A stretch of DNA of 61,172 nucleotides, filler included, from 6 parts of 6 records of this genome joined end to end with filler, not necessarily neighbours in it; one strand, 5' to 3'. Shown: positions 12,601 to 25,952, numbered from the whole stretch's first letter. Notes: generated by a model not told the origin, from the sequence alone. Translations and numbers: made by a program.

Positions 12601-15600
12601 CGGTCGAGGCAATCTTGCCTGTCCCAGTCGAACTCCGTTGTCTCAAAACATCTTTCTGGTTCTGAATTCCAGCTGCCATTGCCGCTGATCCCGTTGCAGC
12701 CGTAACTGGCATGAAGTCAGGTGCAAAACGGTAGAGCCCTGTGCAAGTGATAAACGTCTTGGACGTGTCAGAAAGCAAAATGTACGCTGGATCGGGAAAC
12801 TGCTGACCATGTTCGGACTGCGACGAGTGTGCATCGAGACCCGTGCGCTGCGACCGCAATGGACAGGCATTGGCTTCCAGGTAGTCGACAATCTCAAGGG
12901 ACCCCACGTTTGCTTTAAATTCGGCAACGGAGCCAAACGTATTCAGAAGGAAGGCGAAATTGCGCATGCGAATTGTCGCAACTTTCTCGACCTCAACAGT
13001 GACAATAGGTTGGATGGGCGGGGGGTCTACAAAAAGACTTCTTCTCGGTGAGACTAGATCTGCTTCCGCCTGGTCGACGTCATGACAACCTGATTGATTG
13101 TTGTCTGATGGCATGTCCTTATCCATGCTATCGTCAAGAATCACCTTGTCACGCAGCACCGCAATACCCACATTTTCAAACACCAATGAGAGCGCAAGCC
13201 ACTGCCGTGTGTGTTGGTAGCTCTTGTGAAGGTCACCGTGAATGCCACGCTGACGCCTTTCCAGCCCAAAGCGCCGGCTACTGCGATGATGGGTCGAATG
13301 TGTATGGTGTGTGCGGCGACGTCCAAACTGAGACTCAACAGTTCGGCGGCTATTGAAAGTGGATCTTGACAGAGCCGACGCCACAGAAGCGCTGCCGCCA
13401 CGAGATTGTCCTGCGTCAGAGCCGGTAAAAAATGAGGCTTGACTCCCGGGACCTCCACCCCCTCGGTTGAGGCCGAAGCTTCCGAAGCTGCTTGCATCCG
13501 TGTGGCGCTTGCCCCCGGACACTCCCTCTGTTGGTGCAAACTTGTCATACCATCGCGCCACACGTTTCAAGTATCGCTGAGGGTCACTCGATGCTTTGGC
13601 ACGCAGGAAATGTGAAAGATCTCGCTTCAACCGTACGAGCCTTGCGCGCAATTCCTCAACGGTTTCGTTCGCTGCGAAAGGTAGCCCAGGCCCACGGTCG
13701 GAATTCGCATCTGTTGCTCGAGCTGGTTCTGCGGACGCCGCTGTTGTTGGAACAGAGTTAGCGACAGAATGGGTAGATTGAACGGATGGTCGATTGGCAG
13801 AAACTGTGGGTCGCCGCGATGCACCGTCGCCGCTTTGGAAACCTTGGCCCGAAGCGCCAAGTCCGCTGCGCATTTTTTTCATCGAAAGGGCGGGCGCAGT
13901 CGAAGCAAGCAGCCGTAGCTTATTTTCGATGTCTTGAATTGCCATGCGGCAATGAACAATACTGTCATCCAAAACAGATACGTCAAAGGGTTCATCATCA
14001 CTGTCACTGGAAAAGTCGCTGGAAAACGATACGGAGCAATAGCTGCTGTCATCCCGCGTGGCACTTCCACTGGCACTGCCGCTGTCATCATCGTCAGGCC
14101 TGGCAGCTGCGCCCCCAGCACTGGCCAAACCAGCGACAACATCTTGCCGCACTACATCACCAACAGCTGCCTCTGAACTGGCTTGCGACCGCTGATCGGT
14201 GGTCATCATGTCCCGTCGACGTACTCTCACTGCGTCCAGTGTCCCCGGCAAAGCTTCCCCGCCCAATTCTCTTCTGTGAGTTTTTTCGAATTGTCGTCGT
14301 CCGTTGTCACTTATCTCCGCCTGTTCGCTTTCCTCGCTGACCTGGCGAAGCTTAGCCCTTCGCAGTCGACGCTTTCTTTCTCGACGCGATTCTTCGTAAC
14401 CTTGGCGAAATGCCTCAACAGCACGCAACACACGCAGCAAGTCGGCTTCGGAATGATTTTTGCGTGTTCCCGGGATGACAACCTCAGCGAAGCGCCGATC
14501 GGTCCGCGGTGTACGCTTATCTGGTGCATGCGGTGTTTTCAGTGGCGTACGTCCTGAAACCTGTTGTTTTGGAGCAAAATTGGCCTCGACCACGCCCATC
14601 AGCTGCGTGTACCTTCGCATGAAATCATTGAACATTATTTCAACTACAGCCGCAACACACCAGTGACGAATGAAACACTTTGATGCCGAACGTACTTCGC
14701 GGAGGAAAGCTCAACACGCAATCGTGACACATTGACGTCCACTTTAGCGCGCACAAGCGTCGTATCGTACGCAATGCGTGACAGCTTGACGTCGACTTTG
14801 AAGTTTACAGGGTGAATCAAAAACATGTGGTCGTCCAATAGCCCTGCAGCCGCCATTGACTGCAAACCGCCAGCAGCTGCAAGGACCTGGCCAGCACGGG
14901 CTCGAGGGGTCCCAAGTGGGCTATACAAAGCAGTATGTCTGAAGTTTTGACCCATGTTTCTGCCACTGAGGGTAGTTTCTGTTGCTGAGAGCGCCATCGA
15001 GTCACGATGCCGCAAAATGACTGCAATATGAGCAAATGAGACAGAGTACCGATCATAGAAGGTGTCTTCGTCATCAAATGTCCGCTCTTCGTCATCCTTA
15101 ACAAGTAACCATAATATCAGAAAAGCAGAACAAAAGGCTCAATCACAACAGAAAATTCACTCAAGGGTATGAGGTGCAGAAGGCAAAAAACCAAAATAAC
15201 AATGTCAACCTCTTCTTCACTGTCGTCGTCATTTTCTGAACGTTCTGCATTAGCCCTGTCATCAGATCGCCCAGTGCTTGATGTGTCCTCTCCGGCATCT
15301 TCATCGTAGCTGTTCTGGGCTCCAGCGGCTCTTGGTCTACCACCTTCGGGTACTTTGCCACTGTATGTATCCACCAATGAACTTGCCAAAACACCAATTG
15401 AATCGCCAGCATCAAACACAGTGACAGACTCGGACTTGTCTGCATCATTGGCAACCGTTGGCTGTTGAAGCTGCTGATCTGACATTATTTCTAGGCGACC
15501 CAGGTCCACAACAATCGCTGTCGACCACGTAGCATCATTGGCCTTATCCGGGATTACCAGGACGGGGGCCGAGATGCTGATATTCAGAGCAAACGATGCG

Positions 15601-18600
15601 TTGTGGTCATAATAAAAATCAAGCTTTTTCCGTGACCGCTCTTTCAAGTCATTGTACCTAAAAAGGCAAAGAATCAACGACAGTTAAGTGTCCGCAACAC
15701 CGTGGTTTCCGTTAACGCTCGTTTACTGATGCATCTCTAAACTGTAGATCGACAAACACCATGGCGCATAACGTATCGCCAAAAAAGGCTGAAAAACGAA
15801 ACGGACTGTTCAATGGCGGCCAATTCCAGCTGATCTACGAGCATCATAGCCCCCGGCACCTGAAGATGCAATCAGTCCACCATAGGACCCGCCAAGTTAG
15901 CATGATTAAACAGGTGCGACAACTTTTCATTTGAAGGGCTGCAGAACTGACCTGCACGGTCTGGGCAAAAAAATCAGACACCCGCGTGAAACAGTCACGA
16001 CTGTAGATAATCTGTGTTTCGAGCATCTCCATGGTAACGGCACCGTCAACATTCTGTGCCTCGTCAAATGTCTCTGAACAAAAGTAGAAGAGTGGCCGAT
16101 CCTCTACGCCACCAGACCCGGACGGACCGCCATCGTCGTCAATTTCATACCTGGAGCATATTTTGAGTCAAAACAAAACCAGGGTCGTCAATTCCATCAA
16201 CCTGGCTGCCGTGCGATCCCGAGCAAGCTGTGGCACAAGAAAAAGCATATTCCGAGCTGCTTGCACCGCACTCACTGTAAAAGCTCCCCATCACCGTATC
16301 CATCAAGCATGCGGCTGTTGTTTTCAAAGAAGTTGGCGAAGCTAACGAACGTATCCGGCGAAGCGGAGCTAAACGGCGGGAGAATAACGCTTCGTCTATT
16401 CGTGCCGCTGAATCCACCGCGGTGGCGACTAGTCAGATGAAAGGGTCGATCCTGGTCACTGGGAACAACAAGATCATCCTGACCTTCAGCCGCCTCAGCT
16501 GCTGCAATGTCATCAGCGGACTCGTCCGAGAAATCATCACCTTCTTCGCTGTCACCATCATTGTCATTGGCACCTCTATGAGCTTCGGAAGGACGATGAT
16601 GTCGCTTGTCGGTCTTGTCAGGACTGCTACCGGGTGAGCCAGGATCGCCCGCGTACCTACTCCCTGGAACGGCAGCCGGGGTACCTGCGGGCTGCTTCTC
16701 ACAGTTCTTGCGCGAGGTAGCAGAAACTTTGCCCCCTAGTCTTGGTACCTACAATTGCCCAGGTCAGAAAATAATAACAACAACAGCCACTACTGGAAGG
16801 GACGCCAGAGGCAAGTGATGGAAACGCAGTGACAGAAAAAGATAGTCGTTGGTCAACATACCCACTGAATTTGCTGTTGTGCTAAAGACGCTTGCGATTG
16901 TGAAAGGAAAATATGCGCGAAAAGCTCAGACTCTGACGTTAGATCTGTGACACTGAGTGACTTAAGGGAGACGCGTGTTGAGGAGCGCAACGTCCCAGCA
17001 GACTCATCACGTTTCTCTAACGAGAATTCACTAAACTGCATGCTCAGAAATGAGACTGGCCGTGCAGTTGGAATGGTGCGCAATGTGCGACGAGGGGTTT
17101 CTGTAACCGATGTGGAACCAACGGAGATTTACGGACCAAAATCGCACATTGAATCAGGAAGTCATCCATCACAAAGCACATGAGGGTCTGCAAAGCCAGG
17201 CAAAAATGAAAATCATGCACTTTGCAACACAGAAAGACTCACTTTTGAACCCAGATTGGCTTGCTGCCTCACTTCTTGGTGCATTGAGCAACTGGAGCTG
17301 GCCATGCTCGACAAAAATATGCAGAATAACAACCTCGTTTCTGCAAGTTGTCTTTGGAGTATCGACTCTTTTTTTGCGCCTTTGGCTCATCGCTTTTTTC
17401 GCGGAGTCACGGCCACTTTTCTTGGGCCCGTCGGCGAAAGCGGCGGATGCGGCTTGAGAGGACGGTGTCGAAACATCAGCAGTCTCACGGAGAAGCTTTT
17501 CTAAGTCTGCGCGTGTGGCGTCCCAGTTGTCGTCCTTTCCATCGTCAGCCCGCGTCTCACCAGAGGAGTCTGCCCGACCCCATATCCAACCCGCGGTCCA
17601 GCGATATAGTGTACTCCTCATGCCCCCCGAGGACTTCGACCTAAAATCGTCATTGTCCTCAAGGTTGGTGTCCCCATTGGCATTTTGATCTTGACCCTCT
17701 GCTTCATTTTCATCGGCTGAGGACGACGATTCGGCTGAGGAGCGACTGCGACTGCTACTACCGCCGCCACCACCACCACCTGCCCCTCTCCGATGCCCTC
17801 GTCGCGTTGCCCGTGCCGCCCGGCGTTCCATTCGCTGAGCTTTTTCTCGTTCTTGCATTCGCCCGAGCAGACGGTGGCTGGCGAGCGAACGAAACAGAAT
17901 GATGTCTTCGTATCTGTTGTGTTGATGCATCGCAACGCGTATCCAAACAAAACCCATAGGAAGCAGTGCGGGTGAGCAAATAGTGGTGGATGACACACCA
18001 AAATTCAAGAAGGCATGCCATTGCTGCTGCTCGGTACCTGAGATACATTTGCTTCTCTAACGCATCAACTTTGGCGTTGACCTCTTCAAGCAATTTTCCC
18101 GTCTGTTCCTCATCAACCGACATTTTAGAGCCAAAAATGCCACTTGCTAGAGACGCAAACACACCACGACGCGCTCGAGATGCTGAGACTTGTTGATCAT
18201 GCCGCATCTTGTCAAGAATCTTTTTCCGAACCCAACAATCCTGCAAAGTATGCACAAAAGGTGATGGCCTTGCAAGTTCCTGCCAACGCTACCAGATACC
18301 AGCAAGGTATTGCACGGGCAAAGCGTACCGTGTACTCTTTCTTCGCAGCTGCAAATTTTGTTTGATACGCTTGCTCTCCGCATATGTTCCGTGCCGAGAA
18401 ACCACGCTCCTTCAGCACAACGCGGGCTGCAAAATGCCACCATGCGCGAGGGTTGGTCAACACAGAACACAAAGGCCTCAGATGCATGAATCGTCTGCGA
18501 AGCGAGCTGAATTTTGCGTTTGCGGACACATAAAGTAGCTTCCAAAGAAAAGGGGGCGCCGCAAGTCGAGTGGCATTGAAGTCAGCAATTACAGCAACGT

Positions 18601-20243
18601 TTGACGGGTGAGGATCGAGGAGGCTCCGCACAGAAAGGCAGATCATGGCAGCTTTTCAGTCACACACCTGTCGATATTGTTCATCATCGAAGCCGATGAG
18701 CACTGTATGTGACACAACTTGAATAGTCCGCTTCGGTACGTCAGGTTGCTCGGGGTCGTTGTTGACTCGGAGTTGCACGTTGCAGTCCACCGGGTAAACA
18801 ATATACCGATGCGGTGCCTACGGTACAAGTTGGGCGCAGCAATCCAGAGCAAGATTGATCCATTTCAAATCGCTTGCCACACAGCACGGCAAGCATGGCA
18901 AAAGTAAAAGCTGTCGCACCTGCGGGAAGTGCATCTTTACACGCCCAAACGTTTGTCGACCATCATTGTTTTCTCGGGATGCTGTTGCAAGGAGCTCGTG
19001 TAACGGAGACATCCACGTGGCAACCCTCGTAAATTCCATAAATTGCCACTCACTCCTGCAGCACGATCATTGATTCAACAACACCGTGAGACCTGGAAAC
19101 TTGGAAACTGAGGTCCTTGCACCATCAACAGTCAGATGGTAAATACTCATGTCAACGGCCGAACGCAATGCAGTGAACTCACGGTGTTGCACGACCATAC
19201 TCTGATCGCGTCCGTGTAATGAGCCGCCTCGCCCTGTTGGCGTATTGGGTGCCGCTCCCTCCTATTAGGCGCCGCAATAGCACAGAGACAAGGACTGAGA
19301 AAGCACCCGCGAAATCACTCATCAGACACAATTTTCACCGCAGATCGCTCACTACGTTGACATAGAGGAGTAAAGGAACAATGGAATCGACACAAAAAGG
19401 AACGATACAAGACACGCAGCAGCCACAACTGAATGTGTTACCTTTCCTGTCGGCTGGAGCCACGTTCGGGTCCAAGTAAACAGCAAACTCTTCAACCCGG
19501 AAGACTTTGTGAAAACGTTTGGTATTCTCAACAATCTGCTCCTGCCACAACGAATTTGTGGAGTGCAACTTAATGGACTTAACCATTGCCCCCACTGCAA
19601 ACGTCTCCTGACGCGTAATGTCTCCTCTCGTCTGCAGCGGTGTGGACAGTCCATCCTCGAACCGAATGTGCACATCTGTGATATTCACACGCAAATTTGC
19701 CAGCAATTTGCCGAGCAGCCGCGCCAAAAAGCCTTCGTTGCCAGAATCTTTTGCTGACGATTCACCATTTCCATCAGATTTTGGTGCACCATCCGGCGAG
19801 CCATTGCCATCTTTGGCCTTGGAAGCGGAGGCTGCGGCCCTTGCGTCCCGTTGTTGCGCGTCCTTGAGGTGAGAAGCCTCAAAGGCTGCAAGCTGTCGGT
19901 GCTTGCTTGCAAGATGACTGGCACGCTCCAGATCCGCCCCGTCGTTTTGAGGTTTGAATATGAGAAACACCTTGTCGACAGATATCGTGACAGGCTCTGT
20001 GCCAAAGAAGACGTTGCGTGACCAAGAACATTTGAGCTGCCCGATGATGCCTCTGTCGAGCTTCAGGGACAGCCCAGCACCCTCAAACAGTTGTTCCTTG
20101 AGCTCCAAGTTGTGCAGGGTGATGCTGTTCTTCAAAATATCGGTTTTAATCGTCTTTGGGTCGAAGCATTTCGGCTTCACGTAGTCTCCAAGGTAGCCAA
20201 CAAGAGCGGCTGAGATCTGTCCACTGATAATGTTGGAGATCAT
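649..20243 (-). CDS. VPS13: VPS13-family bridge-like lipid transfer protein; multi-exon, full exon structure only partly resolved
   Basis: Chorein_N start (YLGDYV...ITLHNLELK...LLANLRVNITDVHIRFED). VPS13 motifs PRAWWHFA, RYEDIILFRSLA, ISISAPVLVIP...IVVDLGRLEI, FYDRY, GWEPVVEPF. VAB/SHR-BD repeats (PRYTIIN...PFHW...WSG; LPFRIENKT; YAPDEP). APT1-like SIQVDNQL and a C-terminal PH-like IVLLTNRRLLCV...WEIP. Phase-consistent GT-AG introns traced at 17914-18037, 14613-14695 and 1775-1878. Confidence 0.9.
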
Positions 20244-20669
20244 CCTTCACCCCAGGTGACGACCGGTTCGTTGGGAAATACGACAAAGAAAGCAACAACA
20301 AAACAATCAGCGTTCCATCCAATCTCAGCCTCGACACACAAGAAGGACCAAATGCTTCAATCGACGGAAGGCGGTCGACGAGCGGGCCCAGGCACTCCTG
20401 GGTCGCTCCCGCCTGCTCGCAATTTCGAAAAACACGTTCAGCACTTGAAACCTGAAAACTCACAAAAAAAAAAACTCAAAAAAAAAAACTCGCCAGCAAC
20501 CCACGAGGTGCAAAAAGGGGTGGACAAAAAAGCGACGAGAGAGAGACTCAACAGCACACTCACTCGCTCACTTCACTCACCAAGCTCTGTCCCTTCGGAG
20601 ATAGGCGGACGGAGAGGAGAGGTGGGACAGACGAGCGACGAGCAGACGACTCGGCCACGTGGAAGGAGG

Positions 20670-20694
20670 GAGAGACAGAGAGAGAGAGAGAGAG
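20670..20694. repeat. (GA)n microsatellite at contig end
   Basis: GAGAGACAGAGAGAGAG run up to the gap, upstream of VPS13. Confidence 0.9.
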
Positions 20695-20794
20695 NNNNNN
20701 NNNNNNNNNNNNNNNNNNNNNNNNNNNNNNNNNNNNNNTTAATTAATTAANNNNNNNNNNNNNNNNNNNNNNNNNNNNNNNNNNNNNNNNNNNN
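20695..20794. other. Artificial contig spacer
   Basis: 44 N + TTAATTAATTAA (stops in all six frames) + 44 N. Confidence 0.99.
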
Positions 20795-20823
20795 ACAACC
20801 ACAACAACAACCACAACAACAAC
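20795..20823. repeat. (ACA/ACC)n microsatellite at contig start
   Basis: ACAACCACAACAACAACCACAACAACAAC just upstream of the TFB2 ATG. Confidence 0.85.
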
Positions 20824-20837
20824 AGCGGCAAACAACC

Positions 20838-23434
20838 ATGTCGGGCCACGTGGTGGGTTCCGCGTTCGACTTCCTGAGCTCTCCTGACTTCCTCGTGCAG
20901 GGCGTGCTGGCCACACGGCGGGAGCGCCTGGCCGCTTTCCGGCGCCTCTACGCGTGCCAATGGACATGCCAGACCATCTTCCAGAGGGCGCTCTCGTCCG
21001 TCGCTCAGAACTACGTGGTGAGACTGTTGTGCGTGACAGAGCCAGTGCAAGTGGAGCTCGTGGACAAGTGGATCATGCCCGGGTCTGCAAGCGAGCAGAA
21101 GCACCGGGAGGCTCTGTGGCAGTTGCAGCGGCTGTGTGTGGTGGTTCCAGCGGAGATTCTGGTAGAGGATTCGGAGGAGGCGCTTCCAGACCACCTGCTG
21201 CCCCCTCGCCTGCAGGACAGCGAAGCTGGGATTTTGCTGAACCCTGTGTTTCAAAAGAAGCTCCGCGCGCAGCTGTTCGCGATTGAGACGCCGTTGGAGG
21301 AGGGAGCGCTGGACTGGACGCAGGAAGACTACATGGCGACGGAGCGAGCATCCAGAGGTGGGTTCGTCGTCATCCAATTCAATTTTGTGGAGGGCGCAAG
21401 TCGCTTGAGAGTTTGGCGGTTGCTGAATTATTTGTTGTTGTTTTTGTTCGCATGCGCATTTGTTTGGATTTGTTCGTTGAAAATGTGGCCAATGTGGGAC
21501 AGCCCGGTGGAAGCGCGTCCTGTGGTACATCCTTCGATGCAGCTCGAGCAAAGATCACTCGTTGAGACTTGACAAAGAAGTTATGGTCGAGAACGTTCTC
21601 TATGTTCATCCCATTGTCCCTCTACTTGAAGACATTGAATTAATTCGGGCAACGCGCGACACCAAGTACGGTGATTTTGGTGTTATTTTTGTGCTGCGTA
21701 CAGTCAATGGTGCAAACGGAATTGGCTGATGTTCGATGGCCTCGTGTTCGCTCAGGTGGTTTTATGAAGACGTCAAAGTGGATCGCGCCACCACCAGTGG
21801 CCGAAAGCGCACCATTACCGGCGCTGACTCTGATTCTGACGATGAAGGTGGCCCAGGAACCAACGGTTCAAGTGGTGCGCCTGGAGGCTATGAAGAAGAA
21901 TTTGATCGGAATCTTTGGGACAAGCTCCGCCCTCCGGACGGAGGAGTAGTGAATTTGCCGCTGCAAACCGTGCTTCCAAAGGGATTTGAGTTTTTGCTCA
22001 TGGATACCGAACAGCAAATGTGGTTTTTCGTGGAGCAGTATTTGCGGCTGCAGACTGTCATGGCCGACCGCATTTCAGTCCTTCAGCTTGTGTTCCAGCT
22101 CTCGTATTGCACACCGGGGCGGCAATATCACGTTCGGCGACTTAACGCGGCGCAAACCTGGGCGTTGCGAAAGTTTAGTGCCGTTGGCATCACCTTGTTG
22201 CGCTCGCGGAAGTCGCAGTACTTTCAAGTGGGTGTCTACGGATCCAATTTACTCTTTGGTCACGACATGGAAGTGGGCGCTGTGCCGTTCGGAAAAAAGG
22301 AGCGTCTGCAAGCCCAGCAACAGACCGCCCTGAAAAGATCTGATGGGAGCGACGGCGTTGGATCTCGCTTCGAGTGGGAGAGAGACGAGCTCATTTCGTC
22401 GCGTTTAGAATTGATGGTTGAAACAAACTTTTACGTCACGGTGAGTCACTCCACCTGCTTGCTCGCTCGCGATCGCGTTTGTGTGTTTTCGGTGCGTATT
22501 TTCTTGCCATTGCTTGAAATTGTCGGGTGGCTTGTGGTTCAGGCTTTCGTTAGCGAGGACCCCGAGATCGCGGAGATCGAAAAGGTACACGGCACACTGT
22601 CTGGCCTGACATTGGCGTTGAGTGTCGACCTCTGCCTAAATGAACGACGCGTTGGGTGCTCTTTGCTTCTGGTAGGACGTGCTGCGCTTGTTTATGGTCC
22701 TTGAGGTGGCTTTACCAGACGCTATAATTTGTCAAATCAAGCCAAACGAAACGAGAGAGGTGAGTAGGCGGGGGGGGCGCCGCATGTTTGGTGCGACCCC
22801 GTATTGATTTTAAATTGACCATCATTGTCCGTGGTGCAGGCGCTTCGACGTGGAATTACGGCTGCACAAATGCAGCAGTTTTTGGAGCGTCATGCGCATG
22901 TCAGAATGCGGCAGAAGGCCTTGACAAATCTCGAACGCGAGTTTGGTGATGAGGTCCGGATTGTGTCGGGGCCGGAAGGAGCTCTAAAAATGTGCTTGCC
23001 GTTTTGTAATAGCCGAATTTGATGCATGTTTCGCTCTGCTGCAATCCAGGCATACGGACAAGACGCTGAACTAGACGAGGAGATGGACTCTCAGTACCAT
23101 GCGATTCCACACAATGTCGTGGAGCAGTTGCATATGTGGGAGCAGGAGGAGAATCGTCTGAACGACAAGCCAGCCGCGCTGTTTAAAGACTGTTTCGCCA
23201 ACGAGATCGAGTACAACCGATGCATTGAGTTTTGCAAGGTACAGCCACCCTTCATCAATCCAATATATATTGATTGTTTGCTTGGAAGTCCTTCACAACA
23301 ACCGATTTGTTCTTCGTCTGTTGGCACAGGAGCACCAATGTTTGCTTTGGGAGTCACGCGAGAAGTACATTATCGTCGTGGATGAATCGCATTCTGAGGC
23401 GTTGACGAACTTTATCCGTGCTGGCGCGAGCTGA
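20838..23434 (+). CDS. TFB2: TFIIH core subunit p52 (Tfb2/GTF2H4); 8 exons
   Basis: Motifs LY...TCQTIFQRALSSVAQNYVVRLL, ARWKRVLWYIL, GFEFLLMDTEQQMWFFVEQYL, VETNF, GITAAQMQQFLERHAH, PHNVVEQLHMWEQEENRL. Exons 20838-21357, 21503-21665, 21756-22440, 22543-22584, 22676-22759, 22840-22953, 23050-23238, 23330-23434. All seven introns are GT-AG and phase-consistent. Confidence 0.92.
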
Positions 23435-23533
23435 TCAATGTTCGGTATTTCTTACGTGCATGCCAAATCTATCCATTAAGAATCCAACTTCGCAAATCGC
23501 TTTGAAAAGCGTTAGCGTTACCATTACAATTTC

Positions 23534-25952
23534 TCAGCTCACTGGCAGTTCGTCTTCCAAAAATCTGTACTCAAACTGGAAATCAGCCTTGATCCGCTGA
23601 CACCAGCCCGCCTCGTAGTCAAAGTAGACATATGTGCCTCTCTCGAAGGTCTTTTCGGTGACCCTTGGTTCCTCATGCCGCTGAAACCACGTGTTGTAGC
23701 TCTTGTGAAAACGCCTGCAGCAAGTGTAGTCACCAATGCACACTCACGCACGCCGACAACACGTACACCACGAAGAAGCATCGCAGGATGATGTATCGAG
23801 ACTGTTAACGAACCATGACTGCCGTTTAAGTGCCTGCGCTGCGAGGTATTGGCGGTGAGTGCCTTGGTCGTGATAGAAAATGTAAAACAATGTGTCGGCA
23901 TCGAACTTTTCGTAAAGCCTAGCAACGTTTGGCCCAGACCCCTCGAATGGTGCTTGCGGCGCATACCTAGTCGTGCAGAGCAAAACGTGAGGGCCGGGGA
24001 ACTGGCGGACCACACCACTTTCACGCTGTTTGGCGCCAACCGAACAGTGAGCGCGCTTATCACACACCATGCCATTCCCGATGGCTGCCCAAAAATCTGT
24101 CCTAATTCGGGAACTGGATTTTGGGGACGGTATGCTTGCCGGCAGTCAGAATCCTCCGAGATGGGAAGGAACTTCAAGCTGTGCTCAAGCATGTCTTCAT
24201 TTTGTTTCAATTGGAACCCGATCTGGCGCTGGCTCGCAGTCAGCGTGTGCCCACCGTTAGCCATCAAAAGCATCTGAGGCACACACACCAGTGGCACAAA
24301 AGCTGAGGACCATGCTGACCATAAAGCTGGCCTCGAGCAGCAATTCCCGTGCACGCACCTTCGCGTCATTAGCACCAAGGAAACCAGCGAGGACGGATGC
24401 GATGGAGCGTCCAGCAACCCCGGGTGCAGCTTGCCCAGTTGCACCTGAGCCATGGGATGCTGCAGCTTCTTGAAGCGCTGAACGTACAGTGTTGCCAGCA
24501 TGGGTCGGTGGCAATCGCTGGCTGCTCGACTGTTGCTGAGCAAGGAATTGCTGCTGCTGCTGCTGCTGGGCGAGGAACTGTTGCTGTTCAATTTGCTCAA
24601 GTTGCTGCTGTTGCTGGAACTGTTGTTGCTGCAGCGCCTGTTGCTGCACACAGCATCACACATCCAGCACATGGTCACTTGCAATTTCGGGGAGCATTGC
24701 ATTGGCAGGCGAATGCGAGAAATAAACGCGCGACAGGCCGGTCTACATACCTGCGCGGCCGCCTCTGCTTGTTGCTGTTCGTGCTTCCGTTGCTGCTCTA
24801 GCTCCGCAGCTTGGCGGCGTTGCTCCGCTTGTTGCTGCTGAAGGCGCCTTTGCGCTTCGGCTTGCGCTTTCTTCTGCTGGCGCTGTTGCTCTTGCTGCTT
24901 CTTCAATTCCAATTGGCGTTGTCGCTCTTTTTCCTTTTCTGCTGCTTTAGCAGCTTTTCGAGCCGCCTTGGCTTCGGCCTCTGCTTTCGCTTCCGCCTCA
25001 GCTTTTGCCTTGGCGGCACGGGCGGCCTGCGCGCGTGCCCGAGCGGCGGCTGCTTCAGCTCGTGCATCACCGGCATTGCTCTCTTCCGACGACGAACTTT
25101 GCACAGCATGCGCCTCAGCCAAGCGCTGGAACTCGTCATACAGCCCTGCCAAGCCACAACCCCGACCACACACAATGAGCATGGTTCCAAGCCGCCCCGC
25201 TTGTGTGCTAGAATCCAACGCAGGGAGCGGCAGAGCATTGTGCACCCGCGACAGAGCACGCAGACGAAAACGCATGTGCGACCAGCAACCGCACCTTCAT
25301 CGGCAAAGAAATCCTCGTCCATGTGGCTCTCCACGTAGTATTCCACATCATCGCGTATCCTGGAAACAATGCTCGCTGTGACTTCCCCATCGTAGCAGAG
25401 CTGCAGAATGGACTCGAGGTTTTCCACGTGCCACTTGTTTTGCTCAATGGCCGTCTGAAACCTATCCACTACTTCCTGGTCCGCGCGCTTGCCCATGCGC
25501 ATTTCCTCGTCGAGAGTCTCCTGGTATTCGCTTAGTTGATCCTGGAGGGTGTCGACAGTCTCAGATATCCAGTCCACCACCTCCGTCAACTCCGGGTCGG
25601 CGTCGCGGTCGAACTCTTCCTCGTCGTCGCTGCTGCCCATGTACGCTTTGGTTTTGACGTCTCGCTCGAGGTCTTTGAACAGCTCCATCTTGCTCTCGAT
25701 TTCGCTCTTGTGGTGCTCCAGGTCGGAGGTGTCTTTCACAGCGCCGTTGCTCAGCCACCCCTTGATTTGATCGCGCATGCGCTGCAGCTTTTTAAGCTCC
25801 TTCTTTAGCTCTGCAGTCCAACGCTGCTTCGACGAGTGGTCCGTCGCATCTTCGACCTTGTCCCACAACGACTGGAACACGTCGAAGCCTTCGCGGATCT
25901 TTTTGTGCGTCTTGTCGATCTCAGCCTTGATCTTGCGCAGGCTGTTCGACAT
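23534..25952 (-). CDS. NOT3: CCR4-NOT subunit NOT3/NOT5 (CNOT3); 6 exons
   Basis: N-terminal Not3 domain ([17 protein letters not shown]...[18 protein letters not shown]...ERDVKTKAY). C-terminal NOT-box ([32 protein letters not shown]...[17 protein letters not shown]). GT-AG introns at 25146-25294, 24644-24750, 24274-24358, 23967-24067, 23715-23813. Confidence 0.93.

Noticed and set aside
649-20243. Fragmented ORFs as a pseudogene, stop-codon readthrough or alternative genetic code
   Set aside because: The breaks I traced are explained by phase-consistent GT-AG introns, and TFB2 and NOT3 assemble fully under the standard code
23539-25275. 578-aa ORF as an independent protein
   Set aside because: It is a composite of in-frame NOT3 exons, read-through introns and out-of-frame exon sequence
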